Below, one piece after another: positions 14,201 to 26,200 of a stretch of 64,000 nucleotides of DNA (position 1 is the first letter of the stretch; every line of letters begins with the position of its first letter). Origin of the DNA: Lingula anatina (lineage: Eukaryota > Animalia > Brachiopoda). Where the stretch lies: contig CM120640.1 of the NCBI GenBank assembly GCA_051362555.1, forward strand, positions 3,782,001-3,846,000, given 5' to 3'. Made by a program: the position numbers and the translations under genes. The notes beneath the pieces are model-generated. The model was not told where the DNA came from. It ran no database searches and saw only the letters and a program-made list of their open reading frames with translations.

Positions 14201-17200
14201 CAAATTAGAAAGCCAGCTCGATTGGGTTTTCATTTATTATTGAATTTATGCAATTTTGTGTGAAATTTTCATTTTTCTCATTCTGGCATTTTCAAAGTGT
14301 TAACTTGAACTCTCATGGGCCTGCAGGCTTATGCTTGTTACTCATTTTACTCACATCGGTATTACCTGTTGAGCATAATTAAAATTTGATGCTGAATTTG
14401 CAGTTAAGCATAATATACTTTTGCATCAGAATTGACAGTAGCCTATTTTGTGCATTGTTATTTTCAGATTTTTTGCAGCATTTTTGTCTGCTTGCTTCCT
14501 GTACATTTGACAGCTTTGCTGCCTTGTTTCCAGAAAAGGTCTACCGTGGAAATTTTTTTTTTATAACTTCGCAAAGTGTTTATGGTAAAAGATCAACCTT
14601 CATTGCCCTCTTTAAAATTTCTGGCTACTGACTTCTTACTGGGCCGACCGTCATCCCACAGATAGCACCATCCAGTTTATGAATATACAATTTACAAAGT
14701 GGTGTACATATAATGATTGAAAGCTGGATAAATGGTTAGAGTACGTCATCTATTTATCCAGCCTTTATATTTCAACCATGGAGAATTTAAAATTGTATAG
14801 AGGCATGCATAAAATAAAGCCACCCACTTGATGTTGATGAAGTGAAACCCTGAGGGTAACTGACGGAATCCAGTGATAGTAACTGTACTCTGATAACTTC
14901 AGTACCAGTGTGGTGCAGCTTTAAAAATGTTCAAGTTTCGAATGTTTATTTAACATTCTGTTTGCCTCATTTTATAGGAATAATAAATCCATCAAGTGAA
15001 TTGGATGCCATTGAGGATGGGGACAAAGAATACTATCCTAGTGGCAGCACAAGTGAAAGTGAAGCAGATGAAGAAATGCAATGCTCTTTGGATGTTTCCG
15101 TTGAAACCACCCCTACAACTGTATCTGCAACTCTTACTGCCATGTCAGATACATCTGACCCTGAAGAGTCAGCCTGTAAATCCAAAGTCACCATCCAATC
15201 AACCAACAACTCACAGAAACGTAACTGGGATAAGAAGTATTATTGCCTTTTTTGTGACCTGCCTCAATCCAAGCTTCCAAGACATCTTTCCACAATGCAC
15301 CAAGAGGAGCCTCAGGTAATTGACTACCTGATAGAGGAAGATACAAAATTAAAATCCTACAAACTTGCCAAATTAAGGAACCTTGGGAACCACAAACACA
15401 ACTGTGATGTGCTGAGGAATGGAGAAGGTACATTGATTGTCGGTTATAGACCAAATACGGAGGTCTCACCAGATGATTACGGACCCTGTGAGGGATGCTT
15501 TGTATACTTAGTAAGGAGAGACTTGTGGAAACACAAATGCCCTGGAAGAGATGCATCTGCCCCCAAACCAAGGCAAGGAAGACAGGCAATAACCTGCAAA
15601 TTGCTGCTGCCAGCACCCAAAGGGATGAGCTTACCGGTTAATAGATTGCTGCGAAGCATGTTGGATGATGATGTCTCTCGTGCAGTTAGGAATGACTCTC
15701 TAATTGTAGACCTAGCTAATAGAGAATTTCTTCGATTGGGGCATAATAGAGATCAGCACAACTATATTAGGGACACTCTTCGTAGAATGGGACGCCTGCT
15801 GATACAGCTCAGAAGCCAAACAAAGAATAAACATGCTGGACTAGAGAGCTTTATTGATCCCTCAAGCTACCAGGAGGTAACCCAAGCAGCAAAAATAGTC
15901 TCTGGTTTTAACGAAGAAACGCACAAGTACACAACGCCAAGTCTTGCCCTCAAGATTGGACACACAATTAAAAAATGCGCTAAAATCTTAGAAGGTAGAG
16001 CATTGGAGCAAGAAGACAAGGAGATGGAGAAGAAGTCCAAGTCATTCAGGAAGCTCTGTGAAATGAATTGGACAGATGATATTTCGACCCATGCTCTGCG
16101 AACCTTGTACAACTGCAAGAAGAATCAGATCAAAGTTCTGCCAGTGACAGAAGACATCATGCTGCTTTCAAAGTTCTTGAAAAATGAAAGTCAACGCTGC
16201 ATAGACGAAGTGGAGAAGAGCATGGATTGCAACACATGGAACAGATTGAACAAAGTAGTCCTAGCTAGAATCATTCTATTCAATCGCCGCCGGCAAGGAG
16301 AGGCCTCCAGAATAACATTAGATGATTACCAGAATAGGCCAGCACCTAATGGGGAGAAGGTAGTTTTAGATAGTCTTACTACTGTAGAGCAGGAGTTGTG
16401 TCGAACCCTACACAGAATGGAGATCACAGGGAAAAGGGGAAGAACAGTCCCTGTTCTTCTCCCATCAGATGTGCAACAGGCGATAAATTTGCTCATTGAA
16501 ACAAGATCAAAATTTGGAGTGAGCAAAGATAACAAGTATCTCTTCCCCAGGCCCAACTATGGCAGTGAGGGTCACATCCGGGGGTCGGACTGCCTTAGAG
16601 AACTAGCACAAGAGAGTGGAGCAAAGCAGCCAGAGCTGATCAATTCCACCACCCTGAGAAAGCAGATTGCCACCATATCCCAGGTGGTAGATCTGAGAGA
16701 GAATGAGCTGGATATCTTGGCTAAGTTTTTAGGCCATGATATTCGTATACATCGGGAATATTATAGACTGCCAGAAGCAACAGTTCAGGTGGCCAAAGTG
16801 TCCAAGCTTTTGCTTGCCTCAGAGCAAGGACTGCAAATTGGAGGCAAGACTCTCGATGACATAAATGTCACCACTGAAGATGGTATGTAATAGATCCTTC
16901 TCTAGAAATCATTGTGAAACACTTCCATCCATCTCCCTGAAAACATTTCTAAATGTTAAGATGTTGTGTACCTGAGAGATATTACCAAAAATCTGTTATC
17001 ATTAAAATTTATTCAAAGTATGTAAGAGAATACACACTGAATTCTCATTTCACTAGTTGTTTTATCAATCAAACATTATACGATTTCAAATTTTAGTATT
17101 TGAAGAGGAATTGTTGGAGGACGCAGCAAATGAAGACTCTGCTCAAGGTATAGTAAAATTTGATCAAATGCTGAGTTGCACAAGTGATGTTTTTCGTAGT

Positions 17201-20200
17201 ATAGGAACATGCAGTGAGTGCACTTCTATGTGTAAACGTACAATAAAAACTGTCAGAATTATCTAGATTTACATGCTACATTTAAAGTGATAACTGTTAG
17301 TATGAAATCCTTATTTGACAATGAATACAAATGCTATTTTACCACCAAAGTGGCATTTTTTTTTTTTTTTTTTTTTTTTTTGCTAAAATGGTCATTTATT
17401 ATCCCTTTAGTATATTTACCTTTAATTTTGCTTTTTCAGATATTGTTGGTCAATTGATTCCAAGGGTCCCTTTAGATAATGGTGGAGAAGTTAATGCATT
17501 AGTGGAAAAACCAGGTAAAAAGAATTGCAAGAAATTACATACAGTAAATGTTTATCAAAATATTTGAATTATATAATGAACTCTCAAATTTCTATATTGG
17601 TATTCTAACATATTTTTTTATGGATATTACTTGTTACATGATCTAATAACATATCAGGTGAAAATATGCTATACACTAATTTTGCTGTCAAAATGCTTAG
17701 ATCCATATTCTATGGGGAAACTAAGAGGCCTTTCACAACAACTGGGCCAGGGTTTGACTCATCATGTGACATTTTGAAAGAATAACACCTAATTCTTTAA
17801 TGGAATGTCTTCAGGCAACTTTGCTGTTTTAATAGCTCTCCCCCCCCTGCAGGGAAGGCGGGTCGATTGTTAAAGGATAAAATTTTACTTTTTTAACATG
17901 TGTGATGATTTAGGCTTCAGCTCAGTTAAGCTGCAGCTCATTTGTTATGATTAGTCTCTACAGCATTAAGTCTGAATAGTTCCATACTTTTTTTATTTGT
18001 AGTCCCAAAAAAGAAGGCAAAAGGCAAAAGGCCTTGGACAAAAGAAGAAGTGTCAGCTGTATTGAAGCATTTAGGAAGTTTCCTGGTTCAAGGAAAACTG
18101 CCTGGAAAAGAAGCAATCATGGAATGTGTGGAACAAGAATCTGCTTTGGATAGCAGGAGCTGGAAAAACATTAAAGACTTTTGTAGAAACAGAATGCAAA
18201 CAAAGGATCCACTAAAACTAACTTATGCAAATTAAGCAAGTTAATTTCGAAAATCAGCATGGGGGGGGGGGGGGGTTCAAGCTGTGCTTTTTTCACCTTT
18301 TCCAGCATATTTCCAACACTGTTAACATATTTCCGATAGGCGTATTGTCATGAAACTCACAGAACTGTTGAATATTTATAAAACGCAGTTCGAAAATCAG
18401 TGTGATCTGGCCATTTTTACAAAGTTGCTGTTTTTCCTTTTTCTCAGCATAATATTATATGCGATGCAACATTTTAAAGAGAACCGATAGGTCTATTTTC
18501 ATGAAACTCACAGAACTGATGAATATTAGTTAAACGCAGGTCAAGTTTGAAAATCTTCATAATGGGCTGCTTTTTTTTTTTTCAGAAAATTTGCTGTTGT
18601 TTTTGCTTTTTTCAGCATACATGCAACACTGTAAACACAGTTCAAGGAGAAGCAATAGGTCTATTGTCATGAAACTCACAGAACTGATGATTATTAGTAA
18701 AAGGGTTGTCAAGATCAAAAATCGGCATATCCGGGCCATTTTTTGTCAAAAGTTATGCTGTTTTTTTTTCTGCCATTTTCAGCATATAAGTAACACTGTA
18801 AGCACATTTCAGGGAGAACCGATAGGCCTGTTGTCATTAAACTCACAGGAGTGATCAATGTTACCAATATACAAATCAAGTTTGAAAATAGGATTGATTG
18901 GTTGAGTTTTGTGGAAGTTGTGCCTTGTTTTGATATATATATATATATAAGTGGTTTTCCTCAGATTTGATTGTCAGGCATGTTGACAGTTTCGTTATTG
19001 AACTAACTAGATATGTAAATATGTTAGTGTTTGTCTGAAATTTTCTGCATCTTTACAACATTGCTAGTTGATTATATAAATATGACGGTAAACATGTTAT
19101 CATGTACTGTGTAATACAGTGTCTCAAAATGGAGGAAATGGGGTGATTATTTTCAAAAGTTTTGCATTTTTTTTCTCCTTTTTTCAGTGTACATGCAACA
19201 CTGTAAACACACTTCAAGGAGAACCAATAGGCCTGTTTTCATGAAACTCGGAGAACTGATGATTATTAGTAAATTAAAAAGAATGATCAAGATTGAAAAT
19301 CAGCATGACCAGGCCCTTTTCTTTCAAATGTTATGCTGGGTTTTTTTCAGCATATATGTAACACTTTAAGCATATTTCAAGGAGAACCAATAAGCCTGTT
19401 TTCATGAAACTCACAGAACTGATGATTATTAGTAAAAGAATGGTCAAGATTGAAAATCAGCATGACCAGGCCCTTTTCTTTCAAATGTTATGCTGTTTTT
19501 TTTAAGCATATAAATAACACTGTAAGCACATTTCAGGAAGAAGCAATAAATTAAAGCCTGTTTTCATGAAACTCACAGAACTGATTATTATGAGTAAAAG
19601 AATGGTCAAGATTGAAAATCAGCATGACCAGGCCCTTTTCTTTCAAATTTTATGCTGTTTTCTTTTTTTTTCAGCATATAAGTAACACTGTAAGCACATT
19701 TCAGGGAGAACCGATAGGCCTGTTGTCATTAAACTCACAAGAGTGATCAATGTTATCTATATACAAATCAAATTTAAAAATAAGATAGATTGGTTGAGTT
19801 CTGAGGGACTTCAGCTTTTATTTGTATATAAGTGGTTTTCCTCAGATTTGATTGTCAGGCATGTTGACAGTTTCGTTATTGAATTAACTACATATGTAAA
19901 TATGTTAGTGTTTCTCTGAAATTGTCTGCATCTTTACAACATTGCTAGTTGATTATATAAATATGACGGTAAACATGTTATCATGTACTATGTAATACAG
20001 TGTCTCAAAATGGAGGAAATGGGGTGATTATTTTCAAAAGTTTTGCATTTTTTTCTCCTTTTTTCAGTGTACATGCAACACTGTTAACATATTTCAAGGA
20101 GAACCAATAAGCCTGTTTTCATGAAACTCACAGAACTGATGATTATTAGTAAAAGAATGGTCAAGATTGAAAATCAGCAAGACCAGGCCCTTTTCTTTCA

Positions 20201-20211
20201 AATGTTATGCT

Positions 20212-20259
<48 letters not shown>

Positions 20260-23200
20260 CCAGCATATATGTAACACTGTAAGCACATTTCAGGGAGAAC
20301 CAATAACTTAAAGCCTGTTTTCATGAAACTCACAGAACTGATGATTATTAGTAAAAGCATATTAGTAACACTGTAAGCATATTTCAGGGAGAACCGATAG
20401 GCCTGTTGTCATTAAACTCACAAGAGTGATCAATGTTATCTATATACAAATCAAATTTAAAAATAAGATTGATTGGTTGAGTTTTGAGGGACTTCAGCTT
20501 TTATTTGTATATAAGTGGTTTTCCTCAGATTTGATTGTCAGGCATGTAAACAGTCTCATTATTGAATTTACTAGATATGTAAAATGGGTTGTTTGACAAT
20601 TTCTGCGTCTTGACAATATTGCTAGTTGATTATATAAAAATGGTGGTAAACCTGTTATCTTGTATTGTGTAAAAAAAAGTGCCAAAATGGAAATGAACTC
20701 GTATCATTGTAGTTTGTCAGATTCAATCATTCACAATGTTCGGAATGGAGGAAATTGGACATTTAAACTTGTTATATTGATATTTTTGCCATCTCAACAA
20801 TTTTCTTAGTTGATCATGTGAAATGGCAGTAAACTGTATTATTTAATGTAAAAAAGTTAAAAATGGAAAGAAACCCATTTCAGTACAGTGCTCTCTTGTA
20901 TACATTTAGCATTTTCAAAGTATGACTTTGGAGTTCCATGAACCTGAAAACCTTTGCTAGTCACATTTTCTGAATATTCATGATACTAATATTTTATTAT
21001 AAAAAATTGATGATCATTATGCTGTTAAGCATTATATAATATTGCATCAAATTGGAAGAAAGCACAATTTTGGGTGCTGCTGGCATGATGTCCTCAATTG
21101 TAAAATTGTGTACTGTGCAAGTCTGTATCCAATGGACGACACTTTGTGTTATCAAAATATAAAATTCATGATAATAAAAGAGTGCTAAATAGAAAATAAG
21201 CATTATGAAAATAAAATGTTTGAAAACGAATTTCTTTGGTCTTTTATTTTATTTCATCAGTATCCTTTCTTTTCCTAAATTAATTGATGTTTTATCTCAT
21301 AATCTTCAATTCTAAAAAAGTGGCAAAGTCCAGCATTAAATATTGTATAACTGTTCATTTAATCATCACTTCTGGTGTTATTTTGGAATTTACCTTAAAT
21401 ATGAAAGAATTTCATAAAAATGTGAATTGCTGCAAAGTAACGCTACATAAAATTTGCTTTGCATTAAAAGTACAATCATTATTACATGTAGATGCATGCA
21501 TGTCCTCGGTTGTAATGTGTAGTGTCTGTCCGTGTGTGTGTCCGTGTGTGTCCTCGTTTAGAATGTAAAATTCTTGTCAGCAAAAAATTAGTTTTTATAA
21601 AAAATTAATTTATAACATTCATACTCGAATAGATTTTACCCTAAATTGAATGTTTTTATTTTGATTTAACCAAGGAATAAGATGTCCTCGGTTGTATGGT
21701 GTTGTGCTGATGTCCTCGGTTGGTACACATAGACAAGTATGTGTGTGTGTGTGTGTGTGTGCGCGCGCGCGCTCCATTCTCTTTGAATAATCTATTGCCT
21801 TAGTATGAAATATTTTCTTATCACAATGATTGCAGTGTAAGAAGAATTGTCAAATGACACCTGAGTTTTTTTTTTTTTTTTTTTTTTTGCTATATTACCA
21901 CATTTACGTAGTATTGCATATATATTTTTAAACTTACTGTAAAAGTAGCATGTGTTGTGCTGAAGAGATGAGTTTTAAGTAGTTATAATATCTATATAGA
22001 TATAATATCCATATAAAATCCATATTTTATAACAGTTTTAAAGAAGCTTCACGAGGAGTCCTGCAGTTCGGAAGATGAATGTGCAGATGAGAATGCTGTC
22101 TGCAATCAACAGTGTAGGTGCAAAGAAGACTTCCATTTCTTTGAAAACAAGTGTGGTGAGTTTTGAATTATGTTCTTTATATTTGGACACATTTTAAATG
22201 TAAACTTTTGAAAATTGTTATAGAGCATCACAGTAAACATATCAGAATTTTTTTTACAATATTTAGTTATTTCCACTGTAATTATGTTAATCTTTTAAGT
22301 GAAAAATTTCCAATTTATGCAAAAAAATATTTCAGTTCCCCACTTTGGCCTTGGTGCTCCCTGCGTTACCAAGGCCCAGTGTGCAGACCCCAATGCAGCG
22401 TGTGATGATATCTGCCGGTGCCAGGAGGAGTATTTTGAACTTGAGGGAGAGTGTGGTGTGCTATTTAGTTTTTATGAGTTTGTTTAGAACATATGCAAAA
22501 TATTTATAAGAATATATGTGGTACAGTCAACACGACTTTTAGTCCAAATTGATAAAGACTTCAAATTTAAGTTTTAGTTTTATTATTGTAATAGTCAAGA
22601 AGACAAAAGCATTAGATACGTATTGTATCAAAAAAAATCAATTATGAGGGAAAAAGTGCTTGATTTTGTTTCCCAAATAATTTTTCGTTTAAAACAGAAA
22701 AAAAACATACAGATCTGTTATATAATTCTTCTAGAAAAGAAAGTTCCTTTGAATGAGCCATGTCCAGGTCCAACCTACCTGTGCATGGACAGTAGTGCAA
22801 AGTGCCAAGATGGCCGCTGCCTCTGCCTGGATACACACTATGAGAAAAACTCTGCCTGTGGTAAATTTGTATTCACAAGTCATATAATTGTTTATTTGTT
22901 TGAAATGGGTATCGCGGATTACGTTAGAACAAATTGATTTTATGATGTTGATGATATTTCAACAAATTTTTACTTCAGAAGTGGTTTCATGTGTATATGT
23001 AAATATTTATGGCCATTGCTTACTGCCAACAAACTGGGCAGTACAGCAGTGTATATTCATTAAGATATTCCACTTAACAAAATGATGAAAACAAACCATT
23101 TTGACTCTTAAGAATATGCAAAATACTCCCAATTTTTTCAGAATTAAAGCGCTCCCTGGCGGCCACGTGTGACCCTGGACTGGACGTTTGTAAAGATGTT

Positions 23201-26200
23201 AATGCCATGTGTGATCAGCAGGACAATATGTGCAGCTGCACTGAGGACTATCATTCAAAGTCTGGCCACTGTGGTAAGGTTCACTGCTAGCAATTTCATA
23301 TGGGGGGGGGGGGGTTCTTTTTGTGAAAAAGTGGACCTTTACCATGAAACCTTCATGAACCTAAAAAAATTTTACCCAGAGGGGACCTTTTCCCTACAAA
23401 AAAGGGGTTCCTTCTAACCCCCTGAACCCCCCTGGCTGCGGCACAGTATGGTGTTATAGAAATTGATACAGATGTTGTTATTTTTATATTTAGATGTTGG
23501 ATAAAATGATAAGATTTCTGATAAATAGAATGGACTGGCCTACATTGTTAAAAGTAATGGAAACTGGCAAATACAAAATTTTCAAATGGCATAAGTGATG
23601 AGATTAACTTATTTTTCATTTTGTTTTCAGAACCAAATATTTTAACCACATTTAACTGCACATTTGGATCAGAAGATGTGTGTGCAGATCCGAATGCTGA
23701 GTGCGCGGAGAGTGGAACATGTGAATGCAAACAGGAATTTTATTACGAACAGGAGATGTGCAGTTAGTATTGGCATTCTTAAACATTCCATTTCTTCACC
23801 ATAAATATAATTGATCTGCTGTTTGAAAAATTGCATGTATGAAAAAAACATTCAAGAAAGATATATTAAGCACACCTATGTTTAATTCTTAAATAAATAT
23901 AAGGCTATTTTTGGTAACCATTTAACCATTTTGAATAACCATAACGTTTCAAAATGGTTAAAAATGTCATCTTTATTATTGCTTTATACTGTTTGGTAAT
24001 GGCTTTCTTCCCTAGTCTCCCATTAGTTTCTGCAGACCCCTTAGTTCTGTAGGGTCCAGTGTGATGTACTTATAGTGTCTTGATATATTTCCAGACCCCA
24101 GGGGTTTCCTGGACACCCCGTGTCTACCTGGTGCCCAGTGTGTGGCAGCTTTCACAGAGTGTGTCCTGGTGCAGTGTGTCTGTGACTCTGAACATTATAA
24201 GAAGAATGATAAATGTGGTAGGTAGAAAAATTGAGGCTATAGTACATGTATGTATGTCTAATGGTAGTATATAAAGTGGAGTGGTGGCTGGCCTTTGGAT
24301 GCGTTGCTAATAGAATGGTGTTTTGTTTCCAAGGAGAAATAAAAAATGTACATTTGAAAATGTTTTTAAGTTGCATACAAAATGAAATTAGCGTGCACTC
24401 CCTATATCATATGTTCTTTTTTGCTGACTGTGTAAGTTTCCCTTTTCAGTGGAGAAATTGGGACTGTCAGTGTCCTGTGGGCAGGAGGATGTGTGTGCAG
24501 ACCCCAGTGCCAGGTGTATCAATTCTACCTGTATCTGCACTCAGTCCTTCTACCAGGACGAGGAGGAACATATGTGTAGTAAGTATAAACCCACATATGT
24601 ATATTAGTTATATATACAGTAAATGTTTCGTTACTACCTCCTGCCTGTTTCACATGTTACATCTTCATTTGTGCATGGTTTAGGTGGACTACCTTTTCTT
24701 GTGCATGTATGAATCTAAAGAACATCACTAATTTTATTTGCCCAACAATGCCTTTATGCCCAACAAATATTTTACTTTGGCCTTAGAATGAAGATTCTTT
24801 AATTTCATGTGATAATCTATAGCTGCTAAAAATGCTGAAAAGCCAAAATTGGTTGTTCATGTAGTATTTAGTGCTAATAATTTATTTCTCCTGTACTTTG
24901 AAAACAAGTTAAACACCAGTTTATTAGATTGACCATGAATTCAAACATCTGGCTGATGTAAGTGAAAAATACATATAATTCTTTTGAAAAAAAGGAAAAC
25001 AAACAAGGATGGATTATACACGTATTATCCCATTATTTCCAGAGCTGCGTGGCCTGGTCCTGAAGCCATGTCTGCCTGGTGACCGCTGCTCGGCTGACCA
25101 CACTGTCTGCCAAGATGACCGCTGTCTGTGTGAGGATGACTTCTTTCCCAAACAAGGACAATGTTGTAAGGAGACTGAATATTTAGATGATATCAAGGAA
25201 CATGAAAGTATTGTTGACTTAACTGGACAGCATTTGTTTTACCTTATAAAGGAGAACATTGACTCTATTGTCTCAATATTGGTTATCAAAAAACTAAAGT
25301 AATAAAAATGGAAATTAAGAAGAATCTTACTGACACATGTACCATTGTTCGCAACAAAATCTTTTAAAATATTAATGCACAGATATGAACATGTTGGTTT
25401 GGAATATGACATATGAAGACAAATTAACTTATTCCTAAGTATTTAAATGACAAAAAATAAGAAAGATACCAGTTAATATTTTCTCTGCATTTCTAGTGTT
25501 GAAACCTTCACCTGGAGAGCGCTGTCTTCCAGATGATGTGTGTAGAGACGTGCATTCCACGTGCTCTGGCAGTGAATGCACGTGTATAGAGTACTACCAT
25601 CTCGTAGATGGGCACTGTGGTAAGTGGAAACAAGATGGCTTTTGACAAATCAGTATCAGTACCACCTTGGCTGCTTACTTTTGTTGAGAACTATTTTAAA
25701 TTTGAGAAATCAATATTAATATCTTACCTGAAGACTTAACTATTAGGGATATTAATAACTGTTTAATGTTATGCAATTTTACATATAATTGTATGTAGAT
25801 TTCTGTAATTCTCAGTACTAGGAGGTATCCTGGGTTTGCTGTGTCTTGGTGGGGAGTGTACTGATGACTACAGTATCTGTGTGGATGGTGTGTGCCAGTG
25901 TCAGGATACACACTACCTGGAACAGGACAGATGTGGTGAGATTTCACAGCAAAAGACACTTTAAAACTGATTCAGTTGAAAAAAATTGGCTCAATAAAAA
26001 GAGATTGAGATTGTTTGCATTTTCATTTTACAATTTATGTATGCAGGTCAAATTGAGGCATCCAGTTTGGTATTTTTGTATAAAATACGTAAGACTGAAT
26101 TACTGATGTTACAATAATATCCTATCTCTGTAATTGACAAACTGCTATAAGTGACTTTCTGCTAGCTCTTGTGCTGACTTAAAGAGTAAGTTTCTACTGT

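Larger units (their letters stand above)
4461..21737 (+). mobile_element. ~17.3-kb tyrosine-recombinase (Crypton-like) DNA transposon encoding a SET-YR fusion, inserted in a (TG)n tract
   Basis: Occupies one ~17.7-kb intron (4363-22035) of a gene whose other introns are mostly 0.1-1 kb. (TG)n on both sides. Inverted ends CTTGT-N11-AACCGAGGACA at 4461-4487 and the reverse complement at 21711-21737. Internal YR gene. Confidence 0.8.

Noticed and set aside
14996-16556. Overlapping ORFs (14996-15319, 15188-15616, 15477-15659, 15867-16118, 16326-16556)
   Set aside because: Alternative-frame or antisense shadows of the YR exon with no recognisable motifs.
14908-16890. Stand-alone 660-aa phage-type integrase or bacterial contamination
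   Set aside because: It has a splice acceptor at 14976-14977 and a donor at 16883, links in frame to flanking exons and sits among eukaryotic introns; the listed start is a GTG in intron sequence.
4461-21737. DIRS/Ngaro retrotransposon or Polinton
   Set aside because: No reverse transcriptase, RNase H, gag, DNA polymerase B, capsid or long terminal repeats are visible.
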